A stretch of 64,000 nt of DNA, taken from positions 41,250 to 105,249 of the forward strand of contig NMRA01000508.1 in assembly GCA_002633005.1 (NCBI GenBank), read 5' to 3'. The first letter of the stretch is position 1; each line of letters starts with the position of its first letter. The notes below the pieces were generated by a model. That model saw only the letters and a program-made list of their open reading frames with translations. It was not told where the DNA came from and searched no databases. This DNA is from Phoronis australis. Its lineage: Eukaryota; Animalia; Phoronida. The translations under genes were made by a program, and so were the position numbers. This document shows, piece by piece, positions 36,801 to 49,242 of the stretch.

Positions 36801-39800
36801 GCAGTGAGACTTTTAATGAATTACATTTTTTTATGAGGTGTAATTAGAAACTACAACTCAATGTATTAAAAAATAGGACTTCACCCCAAAAATATGAATA
36901 CTGGAATGTATGCCACTAAAATTAAATCAATGCAAGAATAGAGAGTTCAGTCCACCAACTACAGTGCTGCCATCTAGTGGTAAGGTGAATGCATCATGTT
37001 GGTGCTATATCTGCAAGCGACTATTAGAGAGAACTAGGAAAAACTGGGGTGGGCTAGTGCTGGCACATGGGTCGACTTATAGTAGACATGGACTACATGG
37101 TTGCAGTGACATGCGATGCACTTCCCAGTGACTTAGAAGAGAATATGACTTGTTATTCACCAATCACCAAGCACAGGCTTGTAATTAGCACCATGTTACC
37201 AGGATGTTTTCTGAGAGAATTTTTTGCTTGGCCTTTTTACGGCAAAGTGTAAGCTAGGGAAGATGTTGATATGACGTCTGAGAGGTGTGAATTAGTGTTG
37301 GCTTATATCCAAGCAGGTGGAGTTGCATTTGAGAAAACAGAAAACGTTTGTGTAGTTATATCCAGAAATGGGCTTATGTTGGGTATATTATTCATATATT
37401 CCCTTGATATTGTCTTTAGTGTTGCCACTTTTTCAACTATGTCCTGCTGTTCCTGGGGTATCTAACCACTGCATGTTTGAATATAAAATATTTTTCCTGG
37501 GCTCGGGGTGTAATCTTTGTACTTAAAGCTCGTCTCAAAAATTGAACAATATGTCTGTCATGGATTACGGAGCAACATTCGAGTCTCGCTGTATTTACCC
37601 ACAATTCCGTAAATATCTGCCAGGCATATTTGATGCCTCATTTTCGTGCCACTGGAGCGTCTCGTGTCATTTGTTGTCTGATTCTGATCAAGTTTTTCTC
37701 GGTTGCATTACTCATTTCTTCCTTCCAATGCCAACGAATCATTACTGCCGTGTGAGATGCAACTCTGACGTGAAAAAGTTTGATAAATTGTACAAACACC
37801 CACGGGTGTGTCATCTGAAATTCTTCGCCTTCCCGACATCAATGAGACGCAAAAGGGTGCTTGATTTCTAAAATTAGATCACATGCTTTCTTATCTCCAT
37901 TACAAAGAAGAGTTCTATCGCCGTGTGACGGCCCTATTTCAATGCACACTTCGAGTAAACTTTGGAATTAGTGTGAACTGTAACCTTACGTCGTGATTGT
38001 AAGTTTGGAGTTAGAATCTCATTGAAGTCTGAGTTTGGAGATTAATTTCCACTCTGTGCATACTTTGAATTTTCCAAATAAACACTTTTAAAGGCCCACA
38101 CTCGGCTTGATGCCCAACCCCTGATATTTGAGTTTCCTAACTTAAGCGCCCGGGGTGGTGATCCAGACTAGTATCATGGTGTAGCACTTTGTTTTGTTAT
38201 CCAGGTGGCGGAGACGGAGCAGGACAGCTATAATTTAGCGAAGAGTTACTATGATCTTAAGGAATACGAGCGTGCTGCCTACTTCCTGAATGGATGCACC
38301 AGCGCCCCCTGTATGTTCTTGAGCTACTACTGCCGCTACCTGGCGGGGGAGAAAAGAAAACTGGATAATGCATCTGACTCGGCTGGTAACTTTACGTACT
38401 ATATGTACATGTGGCAGAAATATGTATACCGTACCCACTGCAAAAAAATTAAAGGAATCTGAGAGCTTTTCGATATCGATCCGCCATCTTGCTCGCTCTT
38501 AGAAATGTCCGCTCGGTGTTGTGAGACAAAGGAGGTTATTGTATCTCCTCTAGTGGACGGTCTATGAGCGAACAAGATGGTAGATCGCTGTGTAAAGCCT
38601 CTCGGTGATTCCTTTAATTTTGTTTTGCTGTGAGTATGGTTTATATATATATTTTTATTACTCAACCATAGCCGATTAGCGTTCATCAGGGTATATAAAT
38701 GCGATTTACATTTTTTGCATCTAGTTATTCCTCTAGTTCAGTAATAATGTCCTGCGTCAAATAGTTACACGAATGTAATAAAAAGAAACCATGCACACCT
38801 GTGGACTCATGACTGGTCTCTGCATTATGATGGAGTTGGCATAAATAATCTTACATAATCTTACATTGTCTTTATTTTCTGTTTGTAAGAATTATTTTCA
38901 AACTTTGAAATAACCAATTTAATGGCGCATTTTGCCCTGTTTAGTTGACTAAAAACGAAAATCAGATCTCATTTCCGTTACCATAAAAAACATCGAAATC
39001 ATGGTAACGGAAATAGAATCATATCTTGGTAAGGAATGTTAGGAAGGCATAATTTGATTTTTGTTTTTGGGTAGCTAAACAGTGTAAAATGTAGCTTTTA
39101 CATAAGGCATTAGCTACACTTGTGCCCTCTGTGGGAGGGTGTCAGGGGTCATATGTTCGACGTGCCAAGTTGTTTCCAATTTGTTATATCCTAATCGAAG
39201 GTTGCAAATGTGGCCTCTGACAGGTTACCCATGGTAGCCATTTTAAATGGAAGTTACCTAAGATTGTCGAGTCTCCTTTGGAAGGGCTTGGAATATTCTT
39301 CTTTTAAAAGGATTTCCTCTTTTTTAGTTTCAATTTCCACTCATTTGATTTCCAAAATCATTATTTTGACTTTATTCATGCAAAAAACATTTCTTGTACT
39401 TAAATTTTACGACACAAAAAATAATTTTATGACATCAGCCTTTTGATCTGCTGAACTATACATCACCTGGAAGTGTTTCCTCTTTTTTGTTATGGGTCTT
39501 TTGAAGCCCTGTTTGGAAGTGCTTTATTTAATCACAGGGAAGAACGTTGTATTGTCACAGTGCAAAAACGTAAAATGTCTAAGGAAAGCCCTTTCTTTTA
39601 TAGTACTTTGTTTGTTCCAGATCAAATGTTGGTCCCTTTTCAGAGTGCATATTAATATTTTGTCTTACTTGCCAGGTGCCAACACAAAAGCTGATAACGA
39701 ACACTTGAAGATTTTGAGAAATGAACTTCAGAAGAAATCCAAAGAAAATGAATTGGACGGCTACTGCTCGTATCTGTAAGTTTTAGCATTAAGTTGAGAT

Positions 39801-42800
39801 GGCGTTTGTGCCATGTTTACCTGGCTAAAAATTAATATTGGATGCGCGTCTCATAAAATAAGTTTGTTAATATTCCGTGCCATGATGAGATTGTTTTTCT
39901 GTTTATTTCAACCAGAATTTTGTTACCCTGATATTATCGCTACCGCGGTAATTGCCCTACTCTACATAAAGGAAGCTAGATCACTGCTACAGATGTTGAA
40001 GGATTGTGTCCCCTGAGATCTGTGTAAAGGTCTGTTGAGGAAGTATGTACGGCTGCGGTATGGGCCAAGTTTCTAATGAAATATCAGCATAATTGTCTGC
40101 TGATAGGGTCTCTTTAGGTTGCCTTATATTGTCAGTGTTTTTACGTAACTGATGAGATCACCCATCTACACTGTTACATTTGCCAGGTATGGTGTCATTC
40201 TCAAGAGGCTAAGTGTGCATGACCAGGCAGTTGAAGTGTTGGTACAAGCCATCAACAGAACGCCTCAGCACTGGGGGGCGTGGCTTGAGCTGTCTTCACT
40301 CATCAACGACAAGGACACGGTAACGACAACTAAAGGTTGCCTATATACGATGCTGCATCAATCATGTGTATTCAGAGAAGAATTATATAACAAAACTTTG
40401 ATTCTATTTCTTCATTAAAGCAATTATGTAACCTGCCATTTTCATAAATTCCTGTTTTGTTATGGAAGACTCATACAGTGCAAATTACATAAAGCCAAAA
40501 TCACAAAAATTTTGTAGTGATCAGGGCTTGGAATTTTCCGCGGGAAACGCGGATTTCCGCTTTTTTCAAATGTGCTTTCCGCTTTTTTATAATATTTCCG
40601 TGTAAAAAATCGGATTTGATATAAAATTTCCGCGGCAAATTCCTTTCGTACCGCGGCGTTGCAGACGACGTTCACCTCGAAAAGCGGAAGTTGCTCTTTA
40701 TGTTTGGAGGAACGTAAATTGTCAACATTGCCGGGGCATCTGGGATAGCGTGGTGTGATTTTCAATGGCGTCTCGTGTTATTGTTAAGCGCGGCGACAAA
40801 TACTACCGCTCTGCAGCCAAAAATGTGTGGGTTGGGAGTAGACGGGCGAGCTAGTCCGCCCGATTTTTGTCGGAGAAAGGTTCACAACGACCAGTTCTAG
40901 GCTGGGTTACCGGGCGATGATTTGGGCCGTAAAAGTTTCTGCGTTTTTTTGTCATTGGTCATTCCAAGCCCTGAGTGGTAGTGGTGTCAAATCTTCTGGT
41001 TGAAGCATTCTTTCAATGCATTTAGTCCATACTGTTTCCATGTGTATGTTGAAACACAGCCTCGCCATATTACAGAACTGAAATAAAATGTTTCACCCCA
41101 AAACAGTGGCAAAATTATTGTTATCAAAGATGTCACCGTGTGGAGCTTCAGTTGGGAGGATTTAGTGGACATAGTGATGCAACATAGTAATTTGAATCAA
41201 CACTTTATGTGACAAAACAGTTTGTTGGTTGAAAGTATCAGTTTCATTTTGCCCAGTGTCTTCAAATCCATGGACCATGAAGAACTTCTTTAGTTAAAAC
41301 ATTTCCTTGCCTTCGTATGTGTTCCTTTTGCCACAAAACCAAATCCTGTTCACGAAACTGATAGACTACTCACTGCTATAGAACTGACCGCAACTTATTC
41401 TTAACTCTTTGAGAAATGTTTTCTCAGCTTAGAAAAATTGTAATTTGTTACTTGCTTGAGATCAGGTCTTGCTCATAAAATGACATTAAATGAACCCCTC
41501 CAACATGCCATTTTATAGAACCTGTTCTCGAACAATGAGTGATGGTCCCATACATTCCTTGTCATCACTTCTATAATTGGTCAATAAGCAATTTGATACT
41601 AGCTTCAGACTGGCATGTCGTCTAAATCAAAAGTTAGTCAGCGAGATGGAGATCAGGGGAGTGTTCCATTGAGCAGGTTTATTTGGAGAAAAGTGAAATC
41701 ATGCAAGACCACGCTAAGTCTCACGAATGTGAAGTGAGCGTTTACTGAGCATGCTCAACAATTGTAGCCTAGCAACGTCTCAGCCACTGATGTGATTGGT
41801 TGGTGAGATTGCAGTCTTGAATTATGGGATAGAATTCACTGAAAGTTTCCGTTTATAAGATAAGGTTTCTGCCCACAAGTGAATGTCTTGTGTCTTAAGT
41901 TCACACAATGCTGCTCAGGTTATGGGCTCCTTAACTTTTTACTAATTTGATATTTGCTACATGTTAAGACAAATCCTTACACCCATTGTTCCAGCTATGG
42001 AGTCTATCTTTACCCGATCACTGGATGAAGAACTTCTTTCTTGCGCGTATGTATCTGGAGCTGCAGATGAACGAGGAGGCACTGGCCTTGCTCCAGCAAC
42101 TCATGCAACAAGGTCTGGCTAAGAGTGGTCATGTGATCGCCGAGTGCGCGCAAGCATTTCACAATGTCAGAGGTTAGACTTTCGTGTGATGTGGGTAATA
42201 TAGTTCAAAAGTCTTGATGTTTTTATTCACCTGCAGTTGATAAAATAATGAGTTTTGTCAGTTGAAGTTTTGGTAAAAATCATGAAGAAAATAAGACTGA
42301 TTACATTGTAAGAGTGTATTAGGTACACCTGTTGGAGTCTAAAATAATGTTTTTTTGCTCGACGAGTGTTTGTCGAATTTATTCAAGTTTTTCACTTGCA
42401 GGCACGTGCTCCTAATTTCTGATTTTGGCAAAACTTAAAATATGGTGCGTGTGCACCAAGATATCTTGGCCGCAAATGTGCAAATTTGTGTCAAAAAAAT
42501 TCCTTTGTCCTTCTAATTGAAAATTTAATTTTGGTGTAAATGGACTTTATCCATAAAAATGAAAGTCCATAACCAGGTATCAACTGGTATTTGAAATTTG
42601 GATACAAAATCTAGTTTTATTTTCTCAGTGCCATTATGAAGTATGGTATTCGTTCTCTTGTCAAAATGGATATCCAGTTTATTTTTAAAACTGATGTATC
42701 TACACTTCCAGAATTTTAGTGTTCACCTGAATCACAATAAACAACATTACTGGATCCTTGCTGTCATCCCCTGATTGTTCTTTGTAGATGTTGACCAAGC

Positions 42801-45800
42801 AGTTGATAGATTTGCTGAGTTACAAAAGCTGGATCCCTACAGGTTAGAGAACATGGACACCTACTCCAACTTGTTGTATGTCAAGGTTAGTGTGTACCAG
42901 ATGGGTTGTAACTTGGATCAAATAATCTGAGAAAGAACTCAGTGTCCGCACTTGTGTGCGTTTGTGACTGAGTAGGTAATTTTAATTACTTTGGAATTGT
43001 TACGAGCATGTTTCTCTTGAAATTTTATGATAGTGGGAAATAATGTGTTTCCTCAATGAGACTCCAGTACTCAAGGGTAATCTTATTACAAGGGAAGTGT
43101 TTTGTCTTGACACCATTCGGTTGTCATTGAGTGCTTTCTTTTTCGTGAGTAGCTGAATCTTTCCTGTACTTTGATTCACTAATTTCAGAATTGGGTGGAG
43201 CAAACGTTGTCTATAACATAGGGGAGTGTCTTAATGTTAAGATTTGACCATTTCAGGAAATGAGGGCGGAGCTGGCCCACCTGGCTCATCATTGCTGTGA
43301 CATTGACAAGTATAGGACAGAAACCTGCTGTGTTATAGGTAATTTGTACTACACACCCATTTTGCTTGAACGAATTCATATCAGGCTGATGATAAATTTG
43401 TCATCATTCATAGCTTCATTCATGGAAAGTCTTTTAATGATTTATTGTTGCCCATTGTTAAGAACTCATCATAACTAGTAATATTGGAATGAAAATGTGG
43501 TGAGTTGGATCTATGATTTCTATTGTGACAAGCTATTGACATGAGAAAGACACTAAAAAGAAATAACAAAAAAGTTATGGAAAACTTATAAAATTTGATG
43601 AAAACGATAAATTTGTTCCTAGTCTTTTATCGAGATTGTGCATTTATTATTGATTTGTGGAACCATTAATTCACTAAAATGAAAGTTATGCCCTGCAAAA
43701 ATTTGTGAAAACAGAATACGAGTGGGAACTATAATAAAAGTTAAACAGTAAGAATGTCTTTAAATTTTTTTCTGCTACTGCCATAACACTGACGGTATAA
43801 TGATAGAACCAGCTCATGTTCCAAACATTTTCACGAATTTTATGACACTCTTGTCTAACCTCAATGATGTGAATATAAATAATAAGAAAATTAAACATCG
43901 CTGTCTGTTGTGGCTGTAGATTTTGATATCGGTGGGATGGTGTAGTAAATGTGGCTTCAGATCAACATAACTGCTGAGCTGACTTTAATTGTAGTCTCAC
44001 CCGACTTCAAAATGTGGCTTCAGTTCAACATAACTGCTGAGCTGACTTTAATTGTAGTCCCACCCGACTTCGAAATGCAATGTCTTGAGGCCTTAACACC
44101 ATGTTGTTTCTGTCAGGTAACTACTACAGTCTGCGAGGTCAACACGATAAGGCCATTGAGTACTTCCAGAGGGCGCTACGGCTCAGTCCTGACTACCTGG
44201 CTGCATGGACATTGATGGGTCATGAATACATGGAGATGAGGAACTCTAATGGGGCCATACAGGCATATAGGCAAGCCATAGGTCAGTCATGGGGGTCAGG
44301 GGTCGTTGAGGATTGATGAGTTCATGGTAATGTGGAACTAATGAGGGGTCTTGTAGGCATATAGGAAAGCCATAGGTGAGTCATGGGGTCAGGGGTCATT
44401 GAGGATTGGTGAGTTTATGGTAATATTGAACTGATGTGGGGTCTTGTAGCCATATAGGAAAGCCATAGGTTAGTCATGGGGCCAGGGGTCATTGAGGGTT
44501 AATGAGTTTATGGTAATGTGTAACCAATGAGGGGTCTTTTTGGCCTATAGGCAAGCCACAGGACACTCGTGGGGTCAGGGGTCATTGAGGATTGGTGAGT
44601 TTATGGTAATGAGGCGTAATACAGGCATGTAGGCAAGTGATAGTTATTGCTGATTGGTGGTGATGGGGTCATGTGATCAACTCATGGTTAGGCGGAGCCG
44701 TACAGGCAAGCCAGAAGTCTGTCTTATGGTTCATCAATCAGTTAATATAAAACTTTCCTAATCTGTAAATCTTGAGACAAAAACTTGATTGGAGGGGATG
44801 CCTGTCTATGTCTCAAGGCTTGGATTTTTCCGCGAAACACGGATTTCTGCTTTTTTCAAATGTTCTGTCCACGCATTTTATTATATATTGTATTTAAGGT
44901 TCATATCGACTATTTCAAGGTTGGGTAGTGCACATGTTTTGGGCTGTAAAAGTTTCCGCGTTTTTTGTCATTGGTCATTCCAAGCCCTGATGTCTACAGC
45001 CCCAGAAATTCGGTTTGCAGTATATCCAGGTTCTCATTCATTCTTTTGCATACAGTTATATTCAACAGTAAAATCGTGTTTGTCTCGCAACACCTGTAGT
45101 CACTAGTACCTGAGAATGACCATACATGACTTAAAATGCCTTGTGGACCAAGTCACAGCTAATCTTTGATATTTGTAATTGCAGAGGTGAACCAACGTGA
45201 CTACCGCGCCTGGTACGGTCTCGGTCAGACGTACGAGATCATGAAAATGCACTTCTACTCTCTTTATTACTTCAGGGAGGCCATGAAGCTCAGGTGAGTT
45301 TATCTAATCATCAATAGGTGGCATCACCAGTCTGAAGATACTTGGAGGACTATAGATTTTTCGGTGTTCTTAAAGAAGTGGACTGATTTTAGTGAACTGT
45401 GGTTAGTGCACAGGGTTTCTTTAGGTTGGGCATTTTAACCACATATTGAGATTTGTTTGTGTCTAGTGTAATGTGGTTAGGGCTGTTCCAGTAAAATCTG
45501 CATGGGAGGGGGGAAGGCACTTTTTTTGCACCCACCACCCATATTTTTCATTTATTTCTTCAGCCTACCACCCGTAATTTTTTATAAGTTTGTAATGCAA
45601 CCACCCGTAATTTTTGTTGTTCTTGTGGTTGACTGCACAGGCACTTGAGTTTATCTTTTCCTCGATCACCACTGACGTCATTCATTACTAAGAAAACATA
45701 AATGTTTCTTATATATGGTTATTAGCCATCGAGAAATTCGAGCGCCTGTGGTTGACTGGTGCTAAGGGCTTGCCGATGGGGGAGATCGGAGGGAGTGAAA

Positions 45801-48698
45801 AAGAGAGCTTTTTGCAAGTTGCGTTTTTGTTTTAAATTAGTTGTTGATTCTGTGCAGATAGTTTATAAAACTTACTGAAATTACCCACCAACAAACATTC
45901 ATGGCGCAATGAAACAACAACTACCTGTAAATTTTTATTTTTTTGAAGTACGACCACCACCCATTTTGAATTTAAATCAAACACAACCACCCATAAATTT
46001 TTATTTCAATTGCCTCCCCCCTCCCACACGGGTTTTACTGGAACAGCCCTTATTGATTTTCTACCTTCGCACTCGGATTTTTTTCCTATTAAAGCGCTTT
46101 TCTAATCATTCTGCTTGGATACTTTACATTGATAGGCAATTGCATTTTGAAAAAATGCTTGCTTAGACCAGTTCCTTGCTAATGGTTACCTACATGCAAG
46201 ACGAAAGTAATGCTTAGACCAGTTCCTTGTTAATGGTTACCTACATGCAAGGCAAAAGTAATGTTTAGACCAGTTCCTTGCTTAAATGGTTACCTACATG
46301 CAAGACAAAAGTAATGCTTAGACCAGTTCCTTGCTAATGGTTACCTACATGCAAGACAAAAGTAATGCTTAGACCAGTTCCTTGCTAATGGTTACCTACA
46401 TGCAAGACAAAAGTAATGTTTAGACCAGTTCCTTGCTAATGGTTACCTACATGAAAGACAAAAGTAATGCTTAGACCAGTTCCTTGCTAATGGTTACCTA
46501 CATGCAAGACAAAAGTAATCAGAAAAAATACTATTTCCTTGTCACAGTTGCAAATTCATTTAAGAGCAAAAATGACTAGTAATGGGTATCACAAGGACAA
46601 AATCTTAACTACACGATATTCTTTGGTCATGAGGCTAACTTTCCTCTTCATTTCCCCTCATTGTGGAATGTGTGGGAAACCACTCTGACTATGAATTTGG
46701 CTTCTGATCAGCTCTTATGACAGGGCATTCTGGGTAATTTTGTCTGGATATTTTTGTTGCGTGTTGTGCCTGTATTCCTGTCTCACATTGTCTCACGTGG
46801 CCACGTGTTCCTGCAGGCCTAATGACTCCCGAATGATCTGCGCTGTTGGTGAGGCCTACGAGAGACTTAACAAACTGCTGGAAGCCAAAAAATGCTTCTG
46901 GCGGGCACACAATATTGGCGATGTTGAAGGGATAGCTCTTTACAGGCTAGCCAAGTAAGTAGGGACAGGATTGGCTGGGGTAAATAGGTCAGAGGTTATG
47001 ACTGGTTGAGAAAATAGGTTAGAGATTATGGCTGTTTGCAGTCGATAGGTCTGTGGTTATGACTGACTGGAAAACAGACTTTACTTCTTTTGGTATGTAG
47101 GTCAAGGTCGATTAGTTGGCAGGGTACCGAACTTGACTGAGGAAAATAATTGACCTATCCCCAGGATTTTGAATGATGGCTTAAATGACGAATCGGAACG
47201 CACCATTCTTGACACACATTCGTTTCTATGCCTCCATTTTACCCGACAAACAACATGTTGTCGAGTAAAACTTATAGCTTGTTTCTCAAGGGGGTAGAGC
47301 TTGCAATAAATCAATTATGACACTGAGGCTGACGTTCAGTAGAGTTCATGACTTTTGGAAAAAATTCATTTTAATAAAATGATGTCACCATTTTGAACTT
47401 TGAACTTGATTCCAGTCATTTACCAAAGTGTGGTTACTATTTTTCAGGTTGTATGAGAAATTGTGCGAGTCCGACCAGGCTGCTGCTGCGTATACAGACT
47501 ACATCAACCAGGCCAACAGATTTGGGGTAAGACATCTGCAAAATTTTGTGTGAAACCATTCACAATTTAAATTCAAACTTTTGGCCTTTATTTATTCATG
47601 TTGGGCATATCAGTCAACTGACTGGTTTCATTGTAATATTGTTTGAGATGATAATTTCTAAGGGTCATGTCTCCTTTAATCTTTTGCAGACGTTCAGTAT
47701 TGATGATCAAGCCCACGCCTACAAATACCTCGCTAATCATCATTTCAACCGTAGAAATCTGGACGAGGCATATGCTGCTGCCCAAAAATGCACAGAATAT
47801 AACGAGGTAGGGACTTGATGGATGTCAGTGGTGTGGGTACTGAAATACAATTACTGGTTACCGTAAATACTACTTACTTCACAGTTGATTTCTGTTATAC
47901 TGAATGCTTTTTTAGTTGTAGCTTGAATTTTTGTTCTTCTTAAATGTTTTCACAATGAAAGTGCAATTCTCGCTGTCCAGTTTGTTAATGTCTACGCTTT
48001 TTGTTATACTTATGTAATCTGATTTTGCACACCCTGTACACCAACTGTGCAATATCATTTACCTCACCCTGTACATCAACTGTGTAATAATTACCTCACC
48101 CTGTACATCAACTGTAATATTTACCTCACCCTGTACCCTAGCTGTGTAATATTATTTACCACACTGTGTACACCAACTGTGTTATATCATATTCCTCACC
48201 CTGTACACAAACTTTGTAATATCGTTTACCTCACCCTGTACACCAACTGTATAATATCATTTGTAGCACCCTGTACACTAACTTTGCATATCATTTACCA
48301 CACCCTATGCAGTATACCAATTGTAGTGGATGGCTGCAGGTACTTCTCCATTACTGTCTTCATACCACCTCCATGTCTTCTTTTTTCCAGTCCATATCCT
48401 GAGGTTGTTGTTCTCTGGTTGCCTGGGCAACGCTTCGTAACCATCTGTTCCTTCCAAAGACAGTCTCGGATTTCCACAGTAGTAGCTTTCTTTGTAAAAT
48501 ATTCAGTATATTTTACAGTTTTGCATTTGTTTACAGGCACGTGAGGAAGGTAAGGCGCTGTTACGAGCCATAGCGGCATTACACCGTCCAGTCGATCATG
48601 ACCCGAACGATTCTATTGGCAGAGAGCAACTTCAACGACCTCCTGCAGAGACGCCCTTGGGAAGAATGTCACCTATGAACCTCACTTTCACACCCTAG
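33708..48698 (+). CDS. CDC23: Cell division cycle protein 23 / anaphase-promoting complex subunit 8 (TPR protein); 14 coding exons, 570 aa
   Basis: Exons 33708-33805, 36475-36547, 38205-38385, 39676-39775, 40187-40319, 41995-42172, 42788-42885, 43257-43338, 44117-44281, 45185-45293, 46817-46954, 47448-47526, 47690-47806, 48537-48698. All introns are GT-AG and phases are consistent (1713 nt). The translation matches hallmark CDC23 motifs from RGLLKSAKW to SPMNLTFTP. Confidence 0.97.
36475..36547 (+). CDS. CDC23: CDC23 exon 2
   Basis: TTTTTTCAG|; (W)[24 protein letters not shown]; donor GTATGT. Confidence 0.85.
37728..37940 (+). pseudogene. THAP zinc-finger remnant of a DNA transposon within CDC23 intron 2
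   Basis: [13 protein letters not shown]......LKFFAFP resembles the THAP N-terminus (MP..C.V..C.N..F..FP). The downstream part is degenerate. Confidence 0.45.
38205..38385 (+). CDS. CDC23: CDC23 exon 3
   Basis: [28 protein letters not shown]. Confidence 0.95.
39676..39775 (+). CDS. CDC23: CDC23 exon 4
   Basis: [20 protein letters not shown]. Confidence 0.93.
40187..40319 (+). CDS. CDC23: CDC23 exon 5
   Basis: [25 protein letters not shown]. Confidence 0.95.
40522..40973. mobile_element. MITE with CAGGG TIRs and ~6-bp TSD (hAT6-like)
   Basis: CAGGGCTTGGAAT / ATTCCAAGCCCTG, with flanks AGTGAT / AGTGGT (one mismatch). Confidence 0.75.
41995..42172 (+). CDS. CDC23: CDC23 exon 6
   Basis: [27 protein letters not shown]. 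Confidence 0.95.
42788..42885 (+). CDS. CDC23: CDC23 exon 7
   Basis: [18 protein letters not shown]. Confidence 0.95.
43257..43338 (+). CDS. CDC23: CDC23 exon 8
   Basis: [22 protein letters not shown]. Confidence 0.95.
43947..44077. repeat. 63-bp tandem duplication just upstream of CDC23 exon 9
   Basis: AAATGTGGCTTCAG..CCCGACTTC at 43947 and 44010. Confidence 0.9.
44117..44281 (+). CDS. CDC23: CDC23 exon 9
   Basis: [33 protein letters not shown]. Confidence 0.96.
44225..44645 (+). repeat. ~93-bp tandem array derived from the CDC23 exon 9 3' end + 5' splice site
   Basis: GCATATAGG(C/A)AAGCCATAG|GT recurs with GT at 44282, 44376 and 44469. The donor is mutated at 44562 and a partial copy follows. 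Confidence 0.9.
44814..44989. mobile_element. Shorter copy of the CAGGG-TIR MITE with exact 6-bp TSD
   Basis: CAAGGCTTGGA / TCCAAGCCCTG, with TSD ATGTCT on both sides. Shares internal blocks with 40522-40973. Confidence 0.8.
45185..45293 (+). CDS. CDC23: CDC23 exon 10
   Basis: [28 protein letters not shown]. Confidence 0.96.
45480..46049. mobile_element. PIF/Harbinger (Tourist-like) MITE
   Basis: TIR GGGCTGTTCCAGTAAAA / TTTTACTGGAACAGCCC, with TSD TTA on both sides. Confidence 0.85.
46161..46519. repeat. 51-bp minisatellite, 7 near-identical copies
   Basis: Unit GCTTAGACCAGTTCCTTGCTAATGGTTACCTACATGCAAGACAAAAGTAAT. Confidence 0.95.
46817..46954 (+). CDS. CDC23: CDC23 exon 11
   Basis: [31 protein letters not shown]. 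Confidence 0.95.
47448..47526 (+). CDS. CDC23: CDC23 exon 12
   Basis: [19 protein letters not shown]. Confidence 0.92.
47690..47806 (+). CDS. CDC23: CDC23 exon 13
   Basis: [25 protein letters not shown]. Confidence 0.93.
48026..48320. repeat. Degenerate ~35-bp minisatellite in CDC23 intron 13
   Basis: Recurrent CCTCACCCTGTACA(C/T)CAACTGT..ATATCATTTA. Confidence 0.85.
48537..48698 (+). CDS. CDC23: CDC23 exon 14 (terminal)
   Basis: [27 protein letters not shown]. Confidence 0.93.
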   Translation, partial: AREEGKALLRAIAALHRPVDHDPNDSIGREQLQRPPAETPLGRMSPMNLTFTP

Positions 48699-49236
48699 TC
48701 TGCAGAGGCAGTTGCAGTTGGGTTCAGCGATATCGTCAGATTTGATGCTGGATTGGAATACTCGACTGATTTCTGGAAATTGGCCTGTCGCTAGATATTT
48801 AAAAGTTTAATCTCATTGTCATCGGTTGTCAATGAAAATACCACGATGCTGCTGTACGTATCTGTAGACAGTGATTAGTCAATTGTTTGGCGAAGCATTG
48901 TACCCAACGTAGGACTGTAAGGCCAAACATGAACCTTAGCGTGTAAAGTGTAGCTCGGAAGTCAGTCAGTGTTTGCCTGTGTTGCATGTTGTACTTGTAA
49001 AAATAGACAAAATGGCCAGGAATTCTCCATCATAACAACTGCTCTGCCAGGAATTTCCATAAAAAGGCCCGTGGGAGATGTTCGGAAAATGACCTTTCAA
49101 AATGTCAAATGTAAGCGAATATACGCCCGGGTATATTTTCAGAAACTGTGTCATTAAAACTGTCCTGCATACTGTTAGTAACCAAAATTCCAACCAATGT
49201 CTTGTTAAATAGTAGTCATTTAATATGTTTTGTCAA

Positions 49237-49242
49237 AATAAA
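49237..49242 (+). promoter_or_regulatory. Candidate polyadenylation signal for CDC23
   Basis: AATAAA about 540 nt after the stop, followed by T-rich sequence. Confidence 0.45.

Noticed and set aside
41928-41994. U12-type branch-like TCCTTAAC upstream of CDC23 exon 6
   Set aside because: The intron donor is GTAACG, not the U12 consensus RTATCCTT, and the motif is too far from the AG.
46161-46519. CRISPR-like regular repeat
   Set aside because: Units are contiguous with no unique spacers, there are no cas genes, and the context is a eukaryotic intron.
48047-48544. 165-aa ORF in CDC23 intron 13
   Set aside because: Translation of a minisatellite, fortuitously open.
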